Positions 44,195-52,511 of a DNA stretch of 64,000 nt are shown one piece after another (position 1 is the first letter of the stretch; each line of letters begins with the position of its first letter). A model generated the notes under the pieces. The model worked only from the letters and a program-made list of their open reading frames with translations, searched no databases and was not told the DNA's origin. Position numbers and translations under genes: made by a program. The DNA comes from Candidatus Woesearchaeota archaeon (GTDB lineage Archaea; Nanobdellota; Nanobdellia; Woesearchaeales; JABGUJ01). The stretch is taken from positions 73,380 to 137,379 of the forward strand of contig JABGUJ010000003.1 in the NCBI GenBank assembly GCA_018646625.1, written 5' to 3'.

Positions 44195-44339
44195 CTTCTT
44201 TGTATGCCTTCATTGATTAGATTGTTGGGGGTGGTTTAAAAAATGAAGGCAAGAAAACCTTTCACTTACGTGAACGTGAAAATGAAAAGGGGGACTAAAG
44301 AAAGGACTAACCTCTCCCTAGCGATCTTGCTTTAAGTTT

Positions 44340-45413
44340 TTAATGCACGATCTCTATTCCCAACTCGTCACTAATTTGTTGGACTTTTTCGGTTTTTGAC
44401 CTTTCAGCTTGTTTACCTAGAATCCAAGGACTCTTCACACCAGTTATGATAGTCATAACGGTAACTTTACCCTTAAGATTCTCAGCAACTCTTGCGCCCC
44501 AGATAACATTTGCATCTGCGTCCATATTTTCTGTAACCAACTCACCGATTCTTGAAATTTCGTCAAGAGTCAAGTCAGGGCCACCCGAAACATGGATGAT
44601 AGCACCAGTCGCACCTTCATAACTAATATCTAATAATGGATTGCTTAAAGCACCATTTACTGCTTCTTCTACCCTATTATTTGTATCGGAAGCTCCAACA
44701 CCAATCGCTGCTACGCCACCATCAGTCATAATTGCCTTAACATCTGCATAGTCAAGATTTACAAGTGAAGGTATTGCAATTGTTTCAACGATTCCTTTTA
44801 TCATAGTTGATACTAATTCATTTGCTACGGAAAATGCCTGTTGAACTGGCAGATTACCTGCAATTTGAACTAATCTATTATTGTCGATTACAATAACTGT
44901 ATCACACACTTCTCTCAATTGCTGCAAACCAAACTCAGCCTTATCGATTCTTGCTCTCTCGATATTAAACGGCATTGTCACAGTTCCAATAACAATTGCT
45001 CCAGCATCCTTTGCAACTCTACCTACTACAGGCGCAGCACCAGTTCCAGTACCTCCACCCATACCAGCACAAACGAATACCATGTCTGATTCCTTTAAAG
45101 AATCTTTAACAGCAGTCATACTTTCTTTAGCTGCTTCAGCTCCTCTTTGTGGGAAACCACCGCATCCTAATCCTCTAGTCAAGTCCTTACCGATTAAGAA
45201 CTTCCTATCAGCTTCAGTAATATTCAAATGTTGTTGATCAGTATTACAAGCAACAATTTCTGCTCCCTGAATACCCTTCCTATATAGCCAGTTAACCATG
45301 TTGTTACCGGCTCCACCAACACCAATCACCTTAATGTTAGCCTGTCCTACTTCTGCACCAGAAGAAGTCATTTGCTCCTGCTGATCCAACGCATTTTTCA
45401 CCAAAAAGTCCAT
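44340..45413 (-). CDS. ftsZ: cell division protein FtsZ
   Basis: GVGGAGNN and the tubulin signature GGGTGTGAAPV. GGGGG SD before the ATG at 45413, so the upstream in-frame extension to 45566 was rejected. Confidence 0.9.
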   Translation of the reverse strand: MDFLVKNALDQQEQMTSSGAEVGQANIKVIGVGGAGNNMVNWLYRKGIQGAEIVACNTDQQHLNITEADRKFLIGKDLTRGLGCGGFPQRGAEAAKESMTAVKDSLKESDMVFVCAGMGGGTGTGAAPVVGRVAKDAGAIVIGTVTMPFNIERARIDKAEFGLQQLREVCDTVIVIDNNRLVQIAGNLPVQQAFSVANELVSTMIKGIVETIAIPSLVNLDYADVKAIMTDGGVAAIGVGASDTNNRVEEAVNGALSNPLLDISYEGATGAIIHVSGGPDLTLDEISRIGELVTENMDADANVIWGARVAENLKGKVTVMTIITGVKSPWILGKQAERSKTEKVQQISDELGIEIVH

Positions 45414-45800
45414 TTTTATTAGCCCCCTTTTTTTATTGAGTATCAAAGGTATAAAGTTAAAACTACCAAAAGCTTTATATAGTAGCAATACTTCCTTTTC
45501 TTTATAGAAAACGCCAATTTTTATGAGTCCGCCAAAACTCATGAATCGCCTTAAGGTTTTCGCCAAAAAACCTTATACTTCTAAAATTTTTAATATATAA
45601 AGGTAACCGTGTGAAGTATATAAAGATTTCTCGATTAAGAAGTATATATTAAAGAATATAATAGTGTGGTTATGTGTATAATAGTACGAGATTAGCCTTA
45701 TTTAATGGGTTATACATACTGGAGTGCAGTACACTAAACTAGTACATGGCACATATGTCAACATCTTGTTGGGACAACGGCCTAATCAAAGTAGAATAAG

Positions 45801-45810
45801 TTTATATAAA
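45801..45810 (+). promoter_or_regulatory. TATA box (TTTATATAAA) 30 nt upstream of the dph5 ATG
   Basis: Canonical spacing with no SD. Confidence 0.5.
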
Positions 45811-45830
45811 ATCAAGCAAAAATAAGCTAA

Positions 45831-46634
45831 ATGACACTACATTTTATCGGATTGGGACTCAATGATAAGAAAGACATCTCATTAAAGGGTCTTGAAGCTA
45901 TTAAAGAATGTAACAACGTTTACTTAGAGTATTATACCTGCATTCTACATTCAAGTAAAGAAGAGCTTGAAGAACTATACGGAAAACCAATAATTCTTGC
46001 AGACAGAGAACTAGTAGAAAAAAAAGCAGAAGAAACAATTCTAAAAGATGCAAAAGAATCAAACACAGCGTTCTTAGTAATTGGCGACCCAATGGCTGCA
46101 ACAACTCACGTTGATTTAGCACAAAGAGCAAAAAAATTAGGAATAGATGTTAACATAATCCATAATGCTTCAGTAATTAATGCAATTGGAGAAACAGGCC
46201 TAGAACTGTATAAATTTGGAAAAACAACATCAATTTGTTTTGAACAAGGAGACTACCTGCCTGAAACTCCTTACGATGTGATAAAACTCAATCAACAAAA
46301 CGGCCTACACACATTATGCCTGTTAGACATCAAAGTAAAAGAAGAAAGCATAGAACACATGAAAGAAGGCAAAAAAGTTTATGAAAAACCAAGATTCATG
46401 TCAATTGCAGAATCCATTAGAACTTTAATCAAGATTGAAGATAAACGAAAAGAAAACGTATTCAACGACGATACACTCTGTATCGGTTGTGCAAGGTTAG
46501 GTAGTAAAGATAAAATAATCAGAGCAGGAAAAGCAAGTGAAATTCTAAAATTAGATTTTGGTAAAGAAGTACACTGCTTAATCGTACCAGGTAAACTTCA
46601 TTTCATGGAAAAAGAATACTTAGAAAACTTTTAA
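45831..46634 (+). CDS. dph5: diphthine synthase
   Basis: MTLHFIGLGLNDKKDISLKGLEAIKECNNVYLEYYT and the tetrapyrrole-methylase-like fold sequence. 267 aa. Confidence 0.9.
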   Translation: MTLHFIGLGLNDKKDISLKGLEAIKECNNVYLEYYTCILHSSKEELEELYGKPIILADRELVEKKAEETILKDAKESNTAFLVIGDPMAATTHVDLAQRAKKLGIDVNIIHNASVINAIGETGLELYKFGKTTSICFEQGDYLPETPYDVIKLNQQNGLHTLCLLDIKVKEESIEHMKEGKKVYEKPRFMSIAESIRTLIKIEDKRKENVFNDDTLCIGCARLGSKDKIIRAGKASEILKLDFGKEVHCLIVPGKLHFMEKEYLENF

Positions 46635-46912
46635 TTAGATTTGTCTATTCTAATCGCTTCACCATTAACGATTGCAGTAGCAACTTTTTTTCTCGCAGAA
46701 CATAAAAGTCGATGGAACGTAGGTTGAGAAATTTCCATCTTCAAAGCACACTCACTTTGATCCAAAGACAAATGATCTTTCAATCTAATTGCCTCAAATT
46801 CCTCAACACTCATAATAGATTCTTCTAGTTCCATCTTAGGCACTCCCGCGGGTTTAAAATAATAAGCAGAAGGCCTTCCTCTTACTCTCCTTCGTTTACA
46901 GGGTCTAGGCAT
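46631..46912 (-). CDS. DUF134 (UPF0251) putative DNA-binding protein
   Basis: MPRPCKRRRV...YFKP.G.P and an HTH-like QSECALKMEISQPTFHRLL. Confidence 0.75.
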   Translation of the reverse strand: MPRPCKRRRVRGRPSAYYFKPAGVPKMELEESIMSVEEFEAIRLKDHLSLDQSECALKMEISQPTFHRLLCSARKKVATAIVNGEAIRIDKSN

Positions 46913-46917
46913 TGAAA

Positions 46918-47064
46918 TCACTCATCATCCGTTCTACAACGTCTTCCAAAACCTCTACCCCTACCACAACCTCTTTCAATCGGTTTGGTATTCTCGCAGT
47001 TACCCAACTGTCTTCCGGTTTTTGAACCTTTTCCAGCAGGACCAGTTCCATCTTTGTTTGGCAT
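46918..47064 (-). CDS. DUF5320-like small protein (48 aa)
   Basis: MPNKDGTGPAGKGSKTGRQLGNC pattern. GAGGTGG SD before the ATG at 47064. Confidence 0.55.
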   Translation of the reverse strand: MPNKDGTGPAGKGSKTGRQLGNCENTKPIERGCGRGRGFGRRCRTDDE

Positions 47065-47180
47065 TATTACCACCTCAACAAGTAATAATGAATATATATT
47101 CATAATACTATTTAAACATTTGTATACTACAAACTAGAAAACAAAGTTAAGAAATTAAAGAAAAAGAAGTAAAAGAAAAA

Positions 47181-48962
47181 TTAACGTCCTCGACCAAAAC
47201 GAGATCGTCCTCTGCCCGAATCAGATGAGCGTCCTTCTGAGTTAGAAGATCTACCCCTGTTACCGGAAGGTCTACCTCGACCAAATCTTGAACCGCCTCT
47301 ATCGCCAGAAGGTCTACCAGCAAAACCGGAAGGTCTATCAGAACGACCGAAAGATGAACCGCCTCTATCGCTAGAAGGTCTACCAGCAAAACCAGAAGGT
47401 CTATCAGAACGACCAAAAGATGAACCACCTCTATCGCCAGAAGATCTGCCTCGACTAAAAGATGAACCGCCTCTATCAGAACGACCAAAAGATGAACCAC
47501 CTCTATCGCCAGAAGGTCTACCTCGACTAAAAGATGAACCGCCCCTATTAGAACGACCAAAAGAAGAACCGCCTCTATCGCCAGAAGATCTACCACTAGA
47601 TCTAGGTTCTCTGTCAGAACGACCAAAAGATGAACCACCTTTATCTACAATAGAATCATCTCTACCTCGACTAAAAGATGAGCCACCACGATCAGAACGA
47701 CCAAAAGAAGAACCGCCTCTGTTACCGGAAGGTCTACCTCGACTAAAGGATGAACCGCCTCTACCGCCAGAAGATCTACCTCTGCCGCCAAAACGTGAAC
47801 CGCCTCTACTAAAACCGCCTCTCCTATCATCATCTGCTTTTACAATTTCAACTCTTTGAAGTTTAGGCAATGATAATTTCTTAATAGAAAAGTCAGGATA
47901 GTCGTGAAAAATTCTAGAAAAGCCATCATAGTCCGCATCACAGAATAGATTAATAACTTTACCAGCTTCACCAGCTCTTGCAGTTCTACCAATTCTATGA
48001 ACATAGTCGGTAGAATCATTTGGAATCTCATAGTTGTATACATGAGATACATTATCAATATGTAAACCTCTTGCTGCAACATCAGTACAAACCAAAACAG
48101 AAACCTTACCCTTGTTAAAAACATCAAGAGTGTTAGATCTTTTATTTTGACTCAAACCACCATGAATTGCAGTAGCCTTCATACCATTTGCTTTAATGTT
48201 TTTAGTAACAAAATCAGTTGTTCTTCGAGTATTACAAAATACCATAACCAACCCGTTTTCTTCTTCATTCAACAAGTGTATAAGCAAAGATAACTTTTGA
48301 TTTCTTTGCATTTCGTAATAAACTTGAGTTAACTTAGAAGGATCAACTTGGTTCTTCGCTTCAGCATAAATTGGAGTAACCAAATGTCTATTAGCAAGTT
48401 TCTTAACTCTTGAAGAAATTGTCGCAGAGAAAAACAAAGATTGTCTTTTCTTAGGACATTGTCTAATTATAGTTTCAACATCATCTATGAAACCCATATC
48501 AAACATTCTATCTGCTTCATCCAAAACAAGAACTTTAACTTGGGACAAATCAATTGTTCCACGAGACATGTGATCTAACAATCTACCAGGTGTTGCAACA
48601 ACAACATCTGCAGTCTCCAATCCCCTAAATTGCGGATTCATTGAAACTCCACCATAAATGGAAATAATCTTCATCTTTTTCTTGAGAGCAAGTTTCTTCA
48701 ACTCACTCATAACTTGTTCAGCAAGTTCTCTAGTTGGTGTCATAACCAACGATTGAATGCCTTTTCCTGGAATTACAGTCTCAACAATTCCGCATCCAAA
48801 TGCTAAAGTCTTTCCAGAGCCTGTAGCAGACTCTCCTACAACGTCCTTACCCTCTAATATGGCAGGAATGGACTTACCTTGAATCTCAGTAGCTTCAGTA
48901 AATCCTAATCGGTCTATAGCGGCAGCTAATTGCTCGCTAAGTTTAATCTCATCAAATCTCAT
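47181..48962 (-). CDS. DEAD-box ATP-dependent RNA helicase with about 215-aa RG/S-rich repeat tail
   Basis: ATGSGKT, PTRELA, DEAD, SAT and HRIGRTAR motifs. The tail has GGSSFGRSDR-type repeats. Confidence 0.9.
   Translation of the reverse strand: MRFDEIKLSEQLAAAIDRLGFTEATEIQGKSIPAILEGKDVVGESATGSGKTLAFGCGIVETVIPGKGIQSLVMTPTRELAEQVMSELKKLALKKKMKIISIYGGVSMNPQFRGLETADVVVATPGRLLDHMSRGTIDLSQVKVLVLDEADRMFDMGFIDDVETIIRQCPKKRQSLFFSATISSRVKKLANRHLVTPIYAEAKNQVDPSKLTQVYYEMQRNQKLSLLIHLLNEEENGLVMVFCNTRRTTDFVTKNIKANGMKATAIHGGLSQNKRSNTLDVFNKGKVSVLVCTDVAARGLHIDNVSHVYNYEIPNDSTDYVHRIGRTARAGEAGKVINLFCDADYDGFSRIFHDYPDFSIKKLSLPKLQRVEIVKADDDRRGGFSRGGSRFGGRGRSSGGRGGSSFSRGRPSGNRGGSSFGRSDRGGSSFSRGRDDSIVDKGGSSFGRSDREPRSSGRSSGDRGGSSFGRSNRGGSSFSRGRPSGDRGGSSFGRSDRGGSSFSRGRSSGDRGGSSFGRSDRPSGFAGRPSSDRGGSSFGRSDRPSGFAGRPSGDRGGSRFGRGRPSGNRGRSSNSEGRSSDSGRGRSRFGRGR
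47190..47830 (-). repeat. in-frame degenerate tandem repeats (66-72-nt periods) encoding the helicase tail
   Basis: A roughly 72-nt unit (gaacgaccaaaagatgaaccacctctatcgccagaag...) recurs near 47405, 47477 and 47549. A 66-nt unit recurs near 47290-47420. Confidence 0.7.
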
Positions 48963-49159
48963 TCTATCTATATTACCTCATCTATGTTCTCACCAGCACT
49001 CGTCTATAGAAAAAGCGAACTGTTCACGAAGAGCAAGTGCTTTCTCCCATCGATAATCTATGCTTACAAGACTGAAGAATTACAAGTATATAAGGCTTTC
49101 TGGTCCCAAAAAAAGAGAGTAAACGTTAAATATACCCATTACAACGAATATAATAGCGA

Positions 49160-49435
49160 ATGTTACAACTAATACCACTAATAATTGGGACAATAATTGG
49201 ATTTATAACCGCAAAACTACTCTCAGGAAGAAAAGAAGGAGAACAAGGAATTCTAAAATCATTAAAATTCAAAATAAACAACAAAACAATACACTTACAT
49301 CACTGGATAATATCATTAACAATACTAATCGTTCTAACAATATTGAATTACAACAACAACATAATAGATGGATTACTTATTGGCATCACACTACAAGGAA
49401 TAACCTATAAAGATTTTCTAAAAATAATATATTAA
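49160..49435 (+). CDS. small membrane protein (91 aa)
   Basis: Three hydrophobic segments in an ATG ORF. Confidence 0.4.
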   Translation: MLQLIPLIIGTIIGFITAKLLSGRKEGEQGILKSLKFKINNKTIHLHHWIISLTILIVLTILNYNNNIIDGLLIGITLQGITYKDFLKIIY

Positions 49436-49440
49436 AGAAA

Positions 49441-50103
49441 CTATTCATCATCAGGAACGGCTTTACAATGATTTACTGAACAAACCTCGTCATCTTCACA
49501 TCTAACGTCCTCATAATCACCAACACCTTTGTTAAACTCACCAGCAGTACAGAACGCCTCTTGCAATTTGAAAGCAGTTAAACACTCATCAAAAAATTCT
49601 TTACCTTTAGCATCAACAACCTTTCCAGCTTCAAGATAATTCTTGCCACCATCAGTATCATTGCAGGGCAAAGTCGCAATCTCTATACACTCACCTTCTC
49701 TGCAAAGCTCTAATCCTCTATCACAAGATTCAATTGTAGATCCACCTTTCGCTTTACACTTACCATCATCACAATAATAATCCTTATACTGAGAATTCAC
49801 ATTACCTTGAAAACAAGATGCAGAAATAACTTCATGTTCACCACAGTCAGCATCTCCTACACATTCATCAAGATCTTCTTTAGGAGATATAATTTCGACT
49901 TCTTTATTATTAGCAGGTTTCTGTAAAACATTTTCATCAACCACTTCTTCATTCTCAACTATAGATTCCCCAACAGGAGCATCCTTAACAATAACTTCAG
50001 TCTCCATCTCAGAATCTTGATCATAATCAGGATAAAGAGAACAACCAACTAACGATAAACATAATACTAAAAGTAAACCCATAATAAAATTCATCTTCTT
50101 CAT
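49441..50103 (-). CDS. Cys-rich secreted lipoprotein, paralog C (220 aa)
   Basis: Lipobox LSLVGC. Cys module A plus the PCNDTDGGKNY module B. The ATG overlaps the upstream stop (ATGA). Confidence 0.6.
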   Translation of the reverse strand: MKKMNFIMGLLLVLCLSLVGCSLYPDYDQDSEMETEVIVKDAPVGESIVENEEVVDENVLQKPANNKEVEIISPKEDLDECVGDADCGEHEVISASCFQGNVNSQYKDYYCDDGKCKAKGGSTIESCDRGLELCREGECIEIATLPCNDTDGGKNYLEAGKVVDAKGKEFFDECLTAFKLQEAFCTAGEFNKGVGDYEDVRCEDDEVCSVNHCKAVPDDE

Positions 50104-51083
50104 TGTCCCATCACATTCTTAGATCCAATAACTATATCCTGAGATGCATCAGAAAGTTGAGCACCCACAGTTATATCGATCGCATCAGTTTCCCTAATAC
50201 ATCTTTTCAAATTATCACGAGCATACAATGGTTCAGATTCATCAATCCGACAATAATCCATGCATACCCCATCTCTACAAGAAGGCTTATACGGACTAGT
50301 TCCGGAAGTTTCCTTACCAGCCTCATGACAAGTATACTCATCGACTTTACACAAAGAAGAACAAGAAAATATTTGAGTTCTTACAACTTGAACTTTCTGA
50401 CCACCAATAACTTCTTCATGACAGTATCTTTCATACAAACTATCACTATTACTTGAAGAACAAGTATCGGTCAACTTCGTACCAAGAGCATCTACAACAG
50501 TTCCTTTTTCAAAATAATTATACCCACCATCAGTGTCCCGACATGGAACATTTGATAATTTCAAACAAGCACCAGCTTTACAAACACGATCAGAGTCACA
50601 CTCTTCAAAATCAGTTTCTTGCTTTACAACAACACATTTTGCAGAAGTAGTTCCAGCATTTTCACATCCATATCTATCATATATCCGATAAGAATGACCT
50701 TGCATACAATATTGCTTAGAAACAAAATCTAATCTTTTACAATCAGCATCAGAATCGCATTTACCAATTAATTCTTCTTGCTCGGCAACCAACTCAGCTT
50801 TTTCTAGCGCATATTGTTCTTGAACAATACTCAACTCAGATTCTAGTTCGTCTCTCTCAACTTCAAGCACAGTAATCTCATCTTGAGATTCATTCAAATC
50901 CACTAAAACATCAGAAAGTTGAACCTTCAACTCATCTAAATCAGATTGCATAGCATTAATGGCTTTCTGTTGTTGCATCCGTTCAGTATTCAAATCAGTG
51001 GTCTTTCCAAAATACAAAGGACCTAATTGACAACCTGAAACAAATAGCGAGAATATAACCAGTAAAAGTAGAGCTCTTTTCAT
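50100..51083 (-). CDS. Cys-rich secreted lipoprotein with coiled-coil segment, paralog B (327 aa)
   Basis: Lipobox FVSGC and a coiled-coil Q/E/L stretch. Cys module A plus the PCRDTDGGYNY module B. Confidence 0.6.
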   Translation of the reverse strand: MKRALLLLVIFSLFVSGCQLGPLYFGKTTDLNTERMQQQKAINAMQSDLDELKVQLSDVLVDLNESQDEITVLEVERDELESELSIVQEQYALEKAELVAEQEELIGKCDSDADCKRLDFVSKQYCMQGHSYRIYDRYGCENAGTTSAKCVVVKQETDFEECDSDRVCKAGACLKLSNVPCRDTDGGYNYFEKGTVVDALGTKLTDTCSSSNSDSLYERYCHEEVIGGQKVQVVRTQIFSCSSLCKVDEYTCHEAGKETSGTSPYKPSCRDGVCMDYCRIDESEPLYARDNLKRCIRETDAIDITVGAQLSDASQDIVIGSKNVMGQ

Positions 51084-51141
51084 TCAATCACCTTATCATA
51101 AATCTCTCTCAAATGTATATAAACCTTATGGTTAATTACAA

Positions 51142-51657
51142 TTAATTGTTCGCAGCCCAAGAATACTTACCATGTACACTTACAGGCATAACCGGAGTAT
51201 ACTCAACACATTCCCCTTTTGAACAATATTCATTAACAGTATCGCATGCTTTGACAAGAGTATCTCTCTTCGCCATAACGACACAATTTGATTCTAAAGT
51301 ACCAGGATTTAAACAAGTATACCGTGTATATTCCTTTACCGCAGCCCCGTTCATACACATAGATCTAATCAATTCCCTTTTTCCAAAACAATCAAGATTA
51401 GAATCACATTCAACTTCTTGTTCAGAAACCACTTCATAAGTCTCAACAACACTAGGAACAACTTCGACATCACCCTCTGGAGAATCATCAACATCAGAAA
51501 TAATAGTTTCTCCTAAAGAAGCACCCTCAATAACAGAAGGACCATCAGAATCAACTAAAACCACTTCCTCAGGAGAATTAAACATTCCAGAATCTAAACG
51601 CATCCCTATAAGAACCGATAACAAAATGACTACTGCGATAAAAAGGAACCTTCTCAA
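51142..51657 (-). CDS. Cys-rich secreted protein, paralog A (171 aa)
   Basis: TTG start after GGTGAG gives a good signal/TM N-terminus. Carries Cys module A only. Confidence 0.55.
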   Translation of the reverse strand: MRRFLFIAVVILLSVLIGMRLDSGMFNSPEEVVLVDSDGPSVIEGASLGETIISDVDDSPEGDVEVVPSVVETYEVVSEQEVECDSNLDCFGKRELIRSMCMNGAAVKEYTRYTCLNPGTLESNCVVMAKRDTLVKACDTVNEYCSKGECVEYTPVMPVSVHGKYSWAANN

Positions 51658-51772
51658 ATTCTCACCTCTAGAGTGATATAAAGCGTATTTAGATATTTAA
51701 AACTTGTCTTTCAAAAAGTTTATAAAGAGGTTCTTAACCAAAACATCTTATCCAGTAATTAACTGGAACAAC

Positions 51773-51845
51773 AGCCCCATAGTGTAGCGGTTAATCATTC
51801 AGGATTTTGGGTCCTGGGACCTCGGTTCGAATCCGGGTGGGGCTA
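51773..51845 (+). tRNA. tRNA-Gln (anticodon UUG)
   Basis: Hand-folded: acceptor AGCCCCA/UGGGGCU, anticodon stem CAGGA/UCCUG with loop UUUUGGG, and T arm CUCGG-UUCGAAU-CCGGG. Discriminator A. Confidence 0.9.
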
Positions 51846-51915
51846 TTTTTCTTTAATTCTAAAAGACAAATTTGTCCAACTCAATTTAAATTCGTTTCCA
51901 CAATAACAAAAACGA

Positions 51916-52275
51916 ATGTATCGCAAATTCTACAGACCTAAAATAGATCCATATGACAGATCATACCACAAAGATACAGAACTAGAAGAAGCCGCAGAAC
52001 TAGAAGAACTTGAAAAAATTGTTTTCGCCGCCGAACCTCCTGAAAGTTTCGTAGTAAGAAAAGATCAACAAGATATTGGCACAGGAACATTAGGTTTAGC
52101 ATACATGAATTCTCGCGAAGTAAATGTATTGAATTCATTGGACTACAAAGGATTCTTAATTGTATTACACCATGAAAGAAAACATCTAAGAAAACCATAC
52201 TTATCAGAATATGAAGTGCGAAGAGAAGTTAAAAACGAATTACCATCAGACCACGTCGGCGTTTACGGACTATAA
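51916..52275 (+). CDS. small hypothetical protein with an HExxH motif (119 aa)
   Basis: VLHHERKHL contains HERKH. Possibly a minimal metallopeptidase, but there is no other support. Confidence 0.35.
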   Translation: MYRKFYRPKIDPYDRSYHKDTELEEAAELEELEKIVFAAEPPESFVVRKDQQDIGTGTLGLAYMNSREVNVLNSLDYKGFLIVLHHERKHLRKPYLSEYEVRREVKNELPSDHVGVYGL

Positions 52276-52511
52276 CCCATAACCTTCAAATATTGAACAG
52301 AATCTCTAAAGAATTGTCCTCATCAAGTGAACTTTTAATTAATTGATTTTTAAAGATTAAGTGATCTTCTACGCTCCGTTATAAAACAAACAGCATTGAC
52401 GAGCAAAAATTTATATATTAGGAGCAAGAAAAGCATTAAATTCTGGCTGGCGTTTAGAGATTTTCATAAAATAAGAATCTTAATCAAAAGGTTAAAAGTA
52501 GGTGAGAAGTG

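Noticed and set aside
44206-44330. Hairpins downstream of ftsZ (9-bp stem 44206/44250; AGGGGGA..TCTCCCT near 44290) as an independent sRNA
   Set aside because: They lie in a convergent 3' region next to a clear bidirectional terminator hairpin. The simplest reading is 3'-UTR or terminator structure, and no promoter box is evident.
45414-45566. In-frame N-terminal extension of the FtsZ ORF (51 extra codons)
   Set aside because: The extension is hydrophobic and basic, unlike FtsZ N-termini. A GGGGG SD precedes the internal ATG at 45413, where the conserved FtsZ sequence begins.
47147-47833. 163-aa and 62-aa ORFs in alternative frames of the helicase tail region
   Set aside because: They are L/V/D/E low-complexity translations of the same tandem repeats that encode the RG/S tail in the helicase frame. 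They have no start context of their own.
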